Shown in pieces: positions 25,480 to 38,940 of a stretch of DNA of 64,000 bases. Origin of the DNA: Octopus vulgaris (lineage: Eukaryota); NCBI GenBank assembly GCA_951406725.2, contig OX597826.1, positions 38,626,001 to 38,690,000 of the forward strand, given 5' to 3'. How positions within the stretch are numbered: the first letter of the stretch is position 1; the number at the start of each line of letters is the position of its first letter. The notes under the pieces are model-generated. The model did no database searches. It had not been told where the DNA came from and worked only from the letters and a program-made list of their open reading frames with translations. A program made the position numbers and the translations under genes.

Positions 25480-27050
25480 GGGTAGCTGTTAGAAATATGT
25501 GGGTAATGAGTCGAAGCCCAACAGCATATGAGTCTAAATATGTTCTTTGTGAAGTCCAAAGTTTTCAGATTTGCTGTGCATGGCCAAGTCAAACATTGCA
25601 AGATGTTGTGTAGGGAGGTTTGCTGAGCAGAAATTGTAGGAAAAAGGAGTTTGTTTCCAGAGATGTATCTCATAAGGGCCTGACAAATTGACTGATTAAA
25701 TGATGACTAGTCTGGCCCAATGTACAAGCCCTGCAGACAGTATCTAATACAGTAAATGACACTGGTGAAGGTGCAAAGTGAATGAATCAGGAATGTGTGT
25801 TGTACAGATCCTGAGAGGGAAGTGGTGTGCCTGAAGAATGGACAAGTGTGGGTTTATGTAGGTTTTAAGCATGGTTGAAAGAGGAGAAGAAAGATAAATT
25901 AGGGAATAGGAGGAAGGGAGATAAGATCAGACTGTAGGAGTTCGAAGGCACATAGGATCTTTCAGTAAAGAGGCAGGGTAGAAGTGTGGAAAAGAGGACA
26001 CACTGCTAGTGCGAAGGGGTGAGGTCGGAGAGCTGGGCAGATGAGGACAGCAATAGAATTTGGGGTACTGAAGCCCTTGAAGTACCTCCTCCATGTAGAA
26101 GTCAGTGAGCCATCTACAGCTCCATCCATGATTTTATGATGTCATCTTGTTAGCGAAGGTTGTGGAGGGCTGAGATTCAAGCCTGATCCACTGCATTGGT
26201 GTACATGTTCTCAAACAAGTCCTGGCTGCTGAACTGGCCTTATGGCATTGTCCAGTGGGATGGACAACTCCTGATAACTAGCTCTAAATGAGGCAAAATT
26301 ATGATTTTGTGTAACACAGGTGCTGTTCAACATGATGAAAGCATGTAGTGGGTAAGAGTGGTTGGTATATTGGAGGATTGCTGGTTAGGTTTAAGGCATG
26401 AGGGAAAGGAGTTGGGTGGGCAGTGTGTTGGGGAGGAGTGATCAGAGTCAAGGGACGAGGCAAGTCAAGGATGGAGTGAGATGGGCCGTGAATGAAAGGC
26501 AGTGGGATATGATTAGGTGGGGTAGGGGTGGTGGTGGAGCAGGAGATGGAGTTTGCAGGTTTTTAGCATGTGTAAAAAAGTCAAGGAGGTAGTGGGTGAA
26601 GCATATCAGGAAGGTAGAGTAAAAAGAGAGAAGGTGGGCCTGAAGGATTTGGTAATCCAAAGAGCAGAAATGGAAATAGGAGAAATGGATGGTAGCATAG
26701 ATGAGAAGGTGAGAAGTGTAAGCAAAGATAAGTTCTGTGAAGAGGTAAGGGTATGGGGTGACACTGAGGGGGGGGGGGGGGCAGTAACTTAGAAAGGAAA
26801 GAGTAGCAGGTTTGTGTGAAGAGCAGTTGTGAGTGGTGTATTGAGGGTAACCCAGCAATGAGGCAAGAGGCTGGAGAAGAAGCAAATGAGTAGCAAGTAG
26901 AAATTCTTGAGCAAAGAAAGATCAGGCATGGTGGTAAGTGGAGAAGTTGAGAGGACTGCAGGAGATGGAAGTTAGGAATGGAATGGTGCCATGGAAAGAG
27001 AAAGAAGAAAGGTGTAAGTGTAACAGACAAATTAAGTGTAACAGAGCAAC
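25480..27050 (-). mobile_element. Highly decayed Penelope-like element (RT plus GIY-YIG)
   Basis: TCPF...CTFTSVIYCIRYCLQGLYIG at about 25710-25850 (GIY-YIG); the purine-rich + strand is the antisense of a C-rich ORF. Confidence 0.55.
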
Positions 27051-27995
27051 AATCAAGGATAAAATTAAATCAATGTAATATGAGACAGTGATCCAATGGT
27101 ATCCGAGGCATGAAATAATCCAAGAATTAAGGTACGTTAAAGTATTGGTTGGATAGACATGAATACCTATATGAGCATATAAAAATACCAAGAAATAGCA
27201 AAAACCCAAGGGATGTTCACAGTTGATATTTTTAGGTTGACACTCAATAAAAGAAAAAAGTTAAAAAGTGAAAATTATGCATATGGGCCAAATTCACGTT
27301 TGACCTCTGACTAATCAGAAGTGTGAGAAATATTGGTGGTTGATATGGTGTAAAAAAGTGATACAAGAGTGTCTGTTGGTATGTGTGTACAAGAGTGCCT
27401 GTTGGTATGTGTGTACAAGAATGCCTGTTGGTATGTGTGGGCGTGCATGCACATGCGTGGGAGTATATGTGTATGCAGTATATATATGCACATATACATA
27501 TTCACATGTCTCTGTGAATATCTGTGTCTATGTGTGCATGTTTAGGAAACATGAACAGTATGTGTTTGTGTCTGCATGACTGTTTAGTAGATGAGATTAG
27601 CAGCATTTGTGCATGTCTCTGCATGTGTGTCAGTGCTTGGCTAGTGAGCTTGGCAACATGTTTGTGTGTATGTGTCTGTTTGTGCTTGTGTGTGTGTGTG
27701 TGTGCATGAGAGTGTGTGTATGTATGTGTATATGTGTGTGTTAGGGTAGTATAGTTTAACATATTAATACATTTCAATAATTCATGATTTTCTCGCTTAA
27801 CTTTTCTAAGAGATTGTGCACGTGTGTGTGTGTATGTGTGTGTAATTGTCCATACACATCGTTTTAAGTAAAACACCATCTTTCTTATATATAATCTTAA
27901 GAATATACAGGCTGATATGTTGCTTGGCACCAGATTTCAAAAATTCTCGTTAAGTTCTAAGGTCAACGGGCTGATCTAATTGATAAAAAGTTTAA

Positions 27996-28216
27996 CCCTC
28001 TAGCATTTAAACAAGCCATATCTAACCAAAATATTCTACTTGTTTTAGGTAGAAACTGGCCAAATTTTGACCTATCACACCTACCCTAAAATGTCATTCT
28101 AAAAATATGCAATTGCATCCTTGAAATCTCAAAGCTACAAGATAATACACGATTAATTAAAAACAATGTGAAGAAATAAGCATTACATTTGACAGAGTAA
28201 CCTAAATGCTAACAAG
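27996..28216. mobile_element. piggyBac-like MITE
   Basis: TTAA at both ends (27992-27995, 28217-28220); TIR CCCTCTAGCATTTA / TAAATGCTAACAAG; second partial copy at 49430-49600. Confidence 0.7.
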
Positions 28217-29049
28217 TTAATTCTAGTCTACTGATAATAACTTCCCTCGTAGCCATTAACTCCTGCTTAGATAAAGAACTAAAATATCAAACCACTCTCC
28301 TTTCAAGGAATACATAAATTAATTTGACTGGTTGTGAAATCAAGAGGTTTGATTAGTGGCTGACCTAAATATATCAACTCGATGTTGAATTTTTCTTACT
28401 TGGTAAGCTTTACTATAACATTTGGCAATGTATCACCTGGAAAATATTTTACTCATGTTCTGAATAGATATTCTAAAGAAACATGAGTAGTGGTATCCTG
28501 AAATATGCTTTTATTTCAGTCTAGTTTTGATATATATATAAACTAGCATACCCACGTCATCAAGAATGATGACAATTTTATTTATGATACAAAATGGTGC
28601 ATCAGCACAATGACAGAAACCATTCATAAATGTCAGCACTCTAGTAAATATATAAACATATACAGAATTGATGAACTTGAAGAATTAGATACAGTTGGAA
28701 CGATTTAGTTGAAAATATCATCCAAATGATACATGTGTGTGTGTGTGTATGATACATACAGAGGTGTCTTCAGTTTCCATCTACCACATCTACTCACAAG
28801 GCATTGGTTGGCCCTACAAGACTCTTCCTCTCTCTCTCTCTCTCTCTCCCTCCCCCTCTCTCTCTATATATATATATATACACTTTACTCTTTTACTTGA
28901 TTCTGTCATTTTGACTGCGGCCATGCTGGAGCACCACCTTTAGTCAAGCAAATCGACCCCAGGAATTATTCTTTGTAAGCCCAGTACTTATTCTATCGGT
29001 TTCTTTTGCCGAACCGCTAAGTGACGGGGACGTTAACACACCAGCAAGT

Positions 29050-30950
29050 GCAAGGAATTATCTCCCTTAGACTACTATCCAGAATCCACCCAGTCAGCTT
29101 GTAGATCCCAGGATTTCAGTAGGAATCGCCTGAAGTGTAAGCAAGGTCTGAAGATTTCTGTCCTTAAACTTAATATGTTTCCCAGGTTGAAGAAGTTCTT
29201 TAATATCTGTGCCCATTCCGCTATGCACAGCTTGCAATGTTTATTCCTGGTTTTTCTAGGATCTTCCATGTGGAGTCCCTTTGTTTTTCAGGTGTCACAT
29301 GTGGCATAACGTCTTTCCAGGATCCTAAACAAGGATTTGTGGTTAGAGAGGCGCTGCTTGAAGGTGTTTCTGGTATGTCCGATTTTCAAATGCTGCTGTT
29401 GGCATTGCAGCTAAGAGAGACTCTTGTGTCTGTTGAATAGGTGTCCATAACCTATGTGATTGTGTAAAGTGCTTATGAAAGTGCTTGTGAAAAGTAGAAG
29501 AGTCCAGTTTGCTGGACATTGTTGTAGAGCTGAAAACGAGGCAATTTCTACTCTTCTCCTCTGGAAGCCATCTGCTCGCAATACCAGAGGGCGCACACTC
29601 TCCTACCCTGATGTAATCTCCAGGGATACAGGCATCCATCAACAGGACCTCCGTAATGCTATGATGGACCGTGAAGTCTGGTGTAGCATGGTAAATTCCA
29701 TTGTCTTGACTATGGTCGAACAATGATGATGATGAAAGTGCTTATCTCCTAGTGGAAGGAATATCCTGCCTACACACGTTTTTACACTGAGGGAGAAAGG
29801 GGCAGACCAAACGATATTTCAACAGCTGCGGCCCAAACATTAAGAGTATTTAGATAACATCCAATAGTACTCCTTCGTATGAGTGGCTATGGTCTCTACC
29901 ATACTGTGGGTTCTTATTTTTTTGACTTCAGAGTTATCCTTCTGACTGATCTCATTATACAGGGTTCTGGCTACAGCATAAAGTTTCATTGGTAGATAAT
30001 ACTGTAATGACACTTTTGGACAACTACTTATGATGTGGGTGGAATCTTCAGTGTTAACTTCACAAAGTCTGCATCAGTTATCACATTTCGCTGCTTTTTC
30101 TGCATCTGTATCCCTTTTTGTGCATCAGGTTGATATTTTTGTTTCAGGATTGCAAATGCATATCCTTTAAAGTGAGAGTTAGTAATCTGATTGTTGGTCC
30201 TAACATATCGATGAATGGTCTTCTGCTGGTATATGCTCAACCTTTCATCTGATAATACATTGTGGTAGAGTTGTGTGACTTCTTTGGGATTGTATTCAAG
30301 TTCATCAAATAAGGAATGCTGCTCAAGGAGGTCAAGGAATGCACTTCAGCACTTGGTGGTTAAAAGGTGTTGCCAAAGAGATATGATATGACATTCAAAG
30401 GCAGTCTGGATTGATCTTAAAACCTCTGCCTCTTGTTTTCATTTTGGGCAGAGGCAGTCTACATTGTTGATATGAAAATTGTGTGCTGGTCAGTATCTTC
30501 AGAGTTTTCACATCAATGGCTCAGATCTCATCAAGCGTCCAATCAAGTTGCCTGAATGTTGGTATAAGTACTGGTACTGCAAACACACTGTGGGCCAATG
30601 TTTTATTGAATGCAGAGAGTTCTGAGGTCCATATTTACTTTATCTGACTGCAATATTCTTTATTGACACATGTCTTGTTATAGATGCCATCATAAGATAT
30701 GTTTTCATCCACCCCTAGGTACCTGTAACCTAATCACATATAGAGGAAACAGTTAAGTCATTGATGGAATTACTGCTAGTCTGGTTTACAGATTTTCCTC
30801 TTTTCACAACCATATATCAATATTTAACCTGACCAAAATCCAACACTATATCCTTTGAGAATATTGTAACCAGGTCAAAGCACTTCTTTATCTCATGTAT
30901 ATTCCTGGCTTGCAGTTTCAAGTTATTCACAAAAACAGAGTGTATAAATT
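29050..30950 (-). mobile_element. Decayed R4/Dong-like LINE RT region
   Basis: HSVFVNNLKLQA, FSKDIVLDFGQVK, YRYLGVDENI, WTSELSAFNKTLAHSVFAVPVL on the minus strand; + strand REL remnant at 31010-31540. Confidence 0.7.
29477..29734 (+). mobile_element. 5'-truncated RTE-clade LINE 3' end nested in the older LINE
   Basis: RRVQFAGHCCR...LLLWKP...AMMDREVW, (GAT)n tail, 11-bp TSD AAAGTGCTTAT (29466-29476 / 29735-29745). Confidence 0.85.
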
Positions 30951-31809
30951 TGGTATTTCTCTTTTCTTGCAAACCAGTGGGATCCGTCAGATTTCCTTAA
31001 CATGAATGACAAGGGGTTTACAGAAAGATTCTATCCACATCATAAGCAGTGGCTCAAAAGTGTCACTATGGTATTATCTACCAATGAAACATGATACTGA
31101 AGCTAGGACACTGTATAATAAGATCTGTCCAAAGGATAACCCTGAAGCCAAAGAAACAATGATGTTTCATATCCGAGATGTTAGATGTAAACAAACAATG
31201 AGATCAAAGCTGGAAAAATGGGTAATGGGCATATACACTATATTTCAGGAGTTTTTGCCCATTCATCAGCACCCATTTAACCCATTAATCATCTGTAAAC
31301 TCACTGCTTAAATAGCACAATAATTAACAGTGTAATATACCAATTTACATATTAAATGCATTCCTGGAAGCTGGTACATAAATACAAGTCATTAATATGT
31401 AACACACTGCCTAAGTACCAATCTGAGAAATTAGGCTTCTCAAAACCAGAAAGGAAAAAGCTAATCGAAAGACTACAGATCCAAGCCATCACTGGAACTG
31501 CAAGAATTTGTAAAAACTTTCCAGAAGTTTATCATTTAAGCATAAACACGAAAATATATACATACAACAAAACATTCAAACCTGCTCATGCACTGACTCC
31601 AAATACTGCACATATATACACATACGTACCAAGATACCTTGTTGATGTTGTTGAAATGGCTGAAAATCTTGAATGAATGAATGAATAAATGAATGACTGA
31701 CTGACTGACTTGTATGCATGCATACATACAGGCAGACAGAGCAAAAGATATATGATATATATTGGAGCAAAAGTCAAACTGTTTTTTTAAAGTAAAATTC
31801 AAAAACAGT

Positions 31810-32200
31810 ATTTAGATATTCATACATACTTTTATTCAACCACATATGTCCCATTTTGTTCCACTATCTTTTGCCATATTTGAGACAGCTTCATGATCCC
31901 ATCCTCCCAAACACTGGTGTTTCAGAGTCATGAACTGGTTTAACTGATTTTTACAGTCTTCCAAAGAATTAAAGTTCACCATATTAGGATAATTTTGTAG
32001 GGATTGAAACAAATGGTAAACCAAAGGTGAGTATGGTAGGTGTGGTGGGACATCCCAGTCAAACTGTGGTAATTCCTGCAGGGTCTGCACGAAAATATGA
32101 AACCTACTTTTGTCATACTCACCCCCATTCACATATGTCTGGGTCATCGTTATTATTATTATCTCCCTTTCATTCAACATCTTTCTTCTGGCCATTTTAT
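31810..32200 (-). mobile_element. mariner transposase C-terminal remnant
   Basis: WDVPPHLPYSP (cf. YSPDL), YHLFQSLQN, FNSLEDCKN.L.QF. Confidence 0.75.
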
Positions 32201-32509
32201 CATGTTAGACCATAAATCTCTACACATTTGTTTCTTTCTCCGTTTTCTTCCTCTTAATCCTTTCTGTCGAAGAGTGTAGGCTCGAAACATAAAAGACTTT
32301 TCCATTCTTCATAATCATCATCTTTGTTGTTTAACTTCCACTTTCCATGCTGGCATGTGTTGGACGGTTTGACTGAGGGCTGGTAAGCCAGAAGACTGCA
32401 CCAGGTTCCAATCTGATCTGGCAAAATTTCTACAGCTGGATGCCCTTCCTAATGCCAACCATTCCGAGTGTAGTGGGTGCTTTTTCGTGCCATCAGCACG
32501 GGAGCCTCA

Positions 32510-33264
32510 ACTGCTAGGGTGTGACACTTTTTCACACAGCTGTCCTCATCCATTCACAATGCATGACCATACCAACGCAGTCGTCTCTCTTGCACACCAC
32601 ATCTGATGCTTCTTAAGTCCATCTTTTCTCTAAGGGCATTTACATTCTATTGTGTATGCACACTGACATTACACATCCAGCGGAGTATACTAGCTTCATT
32701 CCTTGTAAGCTTACACACATCCTCAGCAGTCATGGTCCATGTTTCACTGCCATGTAGCATGGCTGTTCACACACATGTGTCATACAGTCTACCTTTTACT
32801 CTGAGCGAGAGGCCCTTTGTCACCAGTAGAGGTAGAAATTCTCTGAACTTTGCCCAGGCTATTCTTATTCTAGCAGCTACACTTTCAGAGCATCCCACCC
32901 ATCCGGCTACTGGCTTGGTCACCAAAGTAATGGAAGCTATCAAATACTTCTAGTTTTTCTCCCTGGAATGTGGCAGAAGTTGTTCTCTGCGCATTTTCAG
33001 TTTCCATTGCTTCTGAGCATTTGCCACACACAAAATCTATCTTCCCAGTTAACCTTCCTTTGATATTGCTGCACCTCTTATGTGTCCATAGCTTATACTG
33101 GGCACATTTTATGGAGTTTCTACCTACACCTTTTTTGCAGGTCAAGCAGGCCATCTACCTGAAGGAATTTGTGGTTTGTCAGCCTTCCTACTTAAGACTT
33201 TGGTTTTAGCTAAGTTGACTCTAAGACCCTTCAATTCTAATCCTTGCTTCCACACCTGAAACTT

Positions 33265-33265
<1 letters not shown>
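32510..33265 (-). mobile_element. RTE-clade LINE RT C-terminal fragment with Cys/His PHD-like insert
   Basis: GLELKGLRVNLAKTKVL, C..CKKGVGRNSIKC..KLWTHKRC, RIRIAWAKFREF, VKGRLYDTCV..AMLHGSETW. Confidence 0.88.
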
Positions 33266-33331
<66 letters not shown>

Positions 33332-33513
33332 CCTAGTGGTTAGGGCAGCAGACTTGCGGTCGTAGGATGCGGTTTCGATTCCCAGACCGGGCGTTGTGAG
33401 TGTTTATTGAGCGAAAACACCTGAGGCTCCGCCAGGGGGTGGTGGCGATCCCTGCTGTACTCTTTCGCCACAACTTTCTCTCACTCTTTCTTCTGTTGGC
33501 CTGGTCGGTCACG

Positions 33514-33555
<42 letters not shown>

Positions 33556-33711
33556 TATATGTGTGTATATAATTTAGAGAAAAACCACTATTAAACAATT
33601 CAATAAAGAAAGATGTTATTCATACCATATAGAAAACATATACGATAAAAACAACAACCTTATTTTAAATCAATAAAGTACAATGAATAGTAAACAGATT
33701 CCATTTCCTAA

Positions 33712-33750
<39 letters not shown>

Positions 33751-33939
33751 ATATATAAATTAGAAAAAAAAACCCTCTTTTTATCAATTCAATAATGAAA
33801 AATTAAATTATGCCAATTAGAAAAATTACATCTTACAGAAAGATTAAATATAAGATAAAACATATAACTATGATTAAATAAAGTGCAAAATAATAAATAA
33901 AACGTATATATTTGGTAGAATAACTTTTTTTTTCTAATT

Positions 33940-33979
<40 letters not shown>

Positions 33980-34055
33980 TTTGTGAAATTTGATTTAGTA
34001 TTTCTAAATTGAATTTTTCCCTGTAAGTTTGGAATAATATTCCCTCATATTATTA

Positions 34056-34108
<53 letters not shown>

Positions 34109-34847
34109 TACATACATATATACACACATACACACACACACACATAGATACTGTAAGACATTTATCATGTATATATGAATGTTTACACACACACACACAC
34201 ATATAGGGGAAGGCACTTGCCTAAGGTGCTGTGCAGTAGAAATGAACTTGAAACCTCATGCTTGGGAGGTAAAACTTTTAAGCACAGAATTTTGCCAGTA
34301 CCTTATATACATAGAAATTATTTCTGTATATACATCCATATTATATGTATTCATGTATAAATATATATATATTGACATACACATTCATAACTTTTTATAT
34401 ATGTATGAACTGGGCTTAGTTTCTAAGTAAATAATATACATATGTGCATACACACATACCAGCATGTACACGCAGACACACACACAACATATATGCAATC
34501 CAGGACTCTGAGTGTAGGAAGTTTCTAAGCTTCAAGCAGAAGGCAACTAGTATACAAAAGACACAATAATGATTTCTTGGTACCGAGAATTACAAACTTT
34601 TTCCCATATCAAAGCTGCGAAGAAATTCGATAAGCTGGTACTTTCTACACAGCTCACTGTACCATTAGTTGCTACATGCATGCATGTATGTATGTATGTA
34701 TGTATGTATGTATACACATAAACATTTTAAATATACACATATAGATAAAATACATAAATACTATAAATATATACACAAACAGACATATATGTACACATAA
34801 ATGTTATAACTATGCACACACACACACACTTACACATCCACACATAC

Positions 34848-34962
34848 CTGCTAGCTTTTGCTGCCTCTGTCTTCGATACTTTCCAGTTTCGCTACATTTA
34901 CAAACTCGTTCACTGAAACTACGACACCACAGGTAAGGATAATCCAAGGAGTTCATTATCAT
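34848..34962 (-). CDS. DLC1/STARD13-like: Candidate proximal alternative first coding exon (MIMNSLDYPYLWCRSFSERVCKCSETGKYRRQRQQKLA-E)
   Basis: Open frame from ATG at 34962 (38 codons + 1 nt) to a strong phase-1 donor GCAG|gtatgt, giving KLA-E-IEAKEAC. Non-repetitive, CpG-retaining sequence between microsatellites. Confidence 0.72.
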
Positions 34963-35058
34963 TCTTGTGGATGTGGATAGAAAATTGAGGTTAGTAGTTC
35001 AAATAAGTGACTGTGTTTGCATGTTTGTGTGTGTGTATGTACATACACACACACACGC

Positions 35059-35090
<32 letters not shown>

Positions 35091-36459
35091 GTACATACAT
35101 ACATACATGTGTGTGTGTGATGGGTGACTAACTCAACAGACAACTGTATGAGTTGTTATGCATATGAGTGATGAAAATATCTATGATATCATGATATATA
35201 ATTATACCTATATACATCCGCGGACATCTGTGTATATGTAAGCTTGCATGCATAAATATGTATACATGTTTGTGTGAGGTAGATGTGTGTGAAAAGCAGG
35301 AGTCTAACGTAGCGGTATAGCTCTAAAATAGAGGTACATGATGAAATGGTAAAAAAATTAAATGAAAGTATTCTCTTTTCGAGAGAGCTCTGGGCCATGT
35401 GATACTGATAACTATCACCACTCAAGCACTCGCATACAGTAGCATATCAAATAGATGTGTCCTGTTTGGATAGAAAGACAGGCAATTGCATTGCATGAGT
35501 AACATCCCAGATGTGGTGTATTTGAAAAGCCTGGTGAATTCAGGTAGTTTAAGTGTTTAAGTACATGTGTATACATACATATACAAGAAACTGAAACTGG
35601 AGAAGTATGCAGATTAGTCAGAATAAAAAGTGGTGAGAGGAGGGGTAAAATAGAGCAAGTTAGGGTTATTAGGCATGATGAAAGACAATTTGCAGTTTGT
35701 TCTATGACTTATATTTAGAGTAAAATGAATATAGAATGATAATGATAATAATGATGGTAGTGGTGGTGGTGGTAGTGGTGGTGTGTGTAGTGTTGATTTA
35801 AAATAGTTGAATCTGATAATAAATGGTGAAAGAAATGACTCCTTAAAGAAAGGGGGCCACTTAATTTCCCCAGTAATTGCTCTTATTCTGCTTTTTTTTC
35901 CTATGTTGATGGTGGTGATAATATTTATGATATATAAGCTAAAAATAAACAGCAGATATCTAATTAGAAACAAACTAAAATACAAAAACCTCATGCCAAA
36001 AAAAAAAAAAGAGATGAAAAGTAGTAAAGTTCTATCCATATGGTAAGGCAAAATAATGTATATATATGTATTTAGGTAGGTAGGTAGGTGTATTATATAT
36101 ATTTATATATAAATACTGAGTGACACATAGAGAGTGAGTGGAGAGGAAGAAGTGACAGAACAAAGCCTTAAATTTAAAAAATCTAAAACTCACGGAAAGA
36201 GAAACTAAAATAAGATATTAACTAGCATAGGTCATTTTGGGTGTGTCTGTCTATTTCTCTATACATACGTGCACACGTGTGTGTTTGGTGATAAAAACAT
36301 ACATATGCATGCACGTGCGTGTGTGTGTGTGTGTGTGTGTTTGGTGATACAAACAGGAAAAATATAGAAATCAAAATGTGTGTATATACATATTTTTATA
36401 GATGCGTAGCGGAACAGAGTGATTCAAGGGCTGATAGTTTTGTCCATTAGCACTTATCA

Positions 36460-36495
36460 AACTAGTCACAGACTGAGGAGTTGTGAATTTATATA
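36460..36495 (-). promoter_or_regulatory. Candidate TATA + Inr core promoter for the proximal isoform
   Basis: TATAAA at 36493-36488 lies 30 nt upstream of the A in CTAGTT (36463), in a non-repetitive CpG-retaining block 1.5 kb upstream of the 34962 ATG. Could be chance in AT-rich DNA. Confidence 0.25.
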
Positions 36496-36849
36496 CCAGT
36501 GACAATAGTATTCCCCGGATAGTTCTAGAACAAAATTATAAAAACAACGACACAAGGATAATTCATATTTTTCGAATAGTTTGCCTCTTACGTTGTTTCA
36601 ATAGGTAACTATATAAATAAATAAACAAACGAGGAAAATTTATGCATACTTATACACACATAAAAGTGAATATAAATACAGTATATTTACATATAGGCAC
36701 AGGAGTGGCTGTATGGTAAGTAACTTGTTTACCAGCCACATGGTTCCAGGTTCAGTTCCACTGCATGGCACCTTGGGCAAGTGTATTCTACTATAGCCTC
36801 GGGCTTACAAAAGCCTTATGAGTGGTAGCCTGTCATATATATATATATA

Positions 36850-37235
36850 CTAGCAGCATCACCCGGTGTTGCTTGGGTTTGTTTCGACCCTTTAGAATTG
36901 GAATTTTTGAAAAGTATAAATTTTGCATTATGCAACTTGTTATTCTCTTCAAGTGAACATTTTTCCAGTTGAAATACACCAAAAAATGGTAACACAGCAG
37001 TCAAAAATTGTAAAAAATAGGGAATTTCATAGAAAAAAAGCACCTTTTTGATGTAAATAATTTTTGGTGTTAACATGGTCCGATTTGAATTTTATCTTCT
37101 ACAGAATGAAGAGCAAGCCTTCTTCTATCATACTCTCAATTTTGGTCAACTTGCGCTGCAGGGTCTCGAAGGAGATAGTGTTAGTTGAAGGCTACCAAAC
37201 CTGCCACACACAGACTTCAGCTTTATATATATAGA
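36850..37235 (-). mobile_element. Non-autonomous Helitron
   Basis: Minus strand starts A|TCTATATATATAAAG (37235) and ends with hairpin CCCAAGCAACACCGGG followed by CTAG|T (36850). Further TCTATATATATAAAAC-type 5' ends at 37353 and about 37930-37972. Confidence 0.8.
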
Positions 37236-37936
37236 TTTGCTACACACTACTTTCCATCCTTAATAATGAAACTTGGTAGATCCAAAAGTTAAACACACAG
37301 ACACACACACAGATACACACACAGACACACAAGTTGAGTTTTATATATATAGATTTCTCAACAGGGATTTCAGGGGAGTTTTAGGGAGTTGCTGGCGATG
37401 TATCGTGATGATCAAAAATCCGGCCTGCTAAAATTTGGTTAAAGAGATTCAAACTGCAGACCCAACGCAAAATGGTCACATTTAATTCAAAACATTAAAA
37501 ATGTTATGAAAACAATTGGTATGTGTTCACAAAGTCCAAACGATTAATACGAAAAAACCCTCCAGGCTACATCCCGAAAATTCATTTCTTTGCCGAATTT
37601 CTACAATGTTTACGGCGATTTGTTTTTATATCTTGATTTTTTATTTTTCATGCAATTTACGCATGCTTGCACGCGTGGTGAACACAGTTCATGTCAAACA
37701 GCTGACTGAGTAAAGTTCACTATTCAATGCATGGGATAAGGCCTAAACAAACATATTATCGATTTTTGCACTTGCGAGATGAATTTCGGAACAGAAATAG
37801 CGCAGTTCAATTTTCATTCGCCTAAACTTTAAGTGACCCATTTTTGGTGGTTCTACGATTTGTTGGCTAGAAGGAGGTGTGCCGGGAAGTTAAACACACA
37901 GACACACAAGTTGAGTTTTATATATATATATGTATG

Positions 37937-37972
<36 letters not shown>

Positions 37973-38369
37973 TCGTTAGCCACTACACACATTTTTTTCT
38001 CTCCTTGTCTTTTCTGTGTCCCTTTTTGCAGAAGAGCATAGGCTCGAAACGTAAAAGACTTTTTCTATTCCTGAGCGTTATACTAATACATCTGTTTGTT
38101 TTGTACACCACCTGTCTTCGCCTTTTGTTTTTTTTGTAAACTCTCTCTCTCTCTCTCTCTCTATCATGGAAAATGGACGTTAAACAATGATAATGATGAT
38201 GATATATATAATATCATTTCTAAGTCTCTCTAAAGGAGACTACAGCAGTGGTACCACCTAGGCAGTGTCATATCACAAAATGGACATGTCAACGATGACA
38301 TCCTATGACGGATCAACCTTACCTCTTCCTCCTTTGGACACGAATGCTTTTAAACAGAAATCTGAGGCT

Positions 38370-38940
38370 ATTATGCCTTTGTCATCTGAAATTTACTGTA
38401 TGGCTGTGAATGCTGAACCTTATACTGCCATCATGTGAGGAAGCTAGAGTCATTTCACATCCATTGTCTCCAATGAATTTTATGCATTACATGTAAAGAT
38501 ATGGAAATTCTCTAGCAAGCAGGAATTTCCAGCAATGAAGCCATCATTGAACACTGTCTTCTAGGATGGTCGTCTTTGGAGAGCTATCAACTGGTGTTTA
38601 CCCACATAGGGCACCCAAGAAGAGGTTCAGTGAGCATCTTATGCTTATCTACAACTCCTGAAACATTTAACCAGCACAACTTGCTCGCTTGGCTCAGAAT
38701 CGGCAAACCTGGTGCTTCGTCTGTGACAAAGGAGCTGCACACTTTGAACTAATCTGATGTGAGAAATTTGAGGAAAAGAGATGCCAACATCATCTCAGAC
38801 TCACTGACAACATAATGGGCAACTTCCCTTGTCGTTTGTGTTCAAGGACATGCTATTTCAGGATTGGACTGTTATCACATCTATCAACTCACAAAATGTA
38901 GGATAAGACTCCTAGAGGACAACGTCGTCATCAACATTGA
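38370..38940 (+). mobile_element. Decayed RTE-BovB-like LINE 3' region
   Basis: LLYGCEC*TLYCHHVRKLESFH.HCL. Confidence 0.65.
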
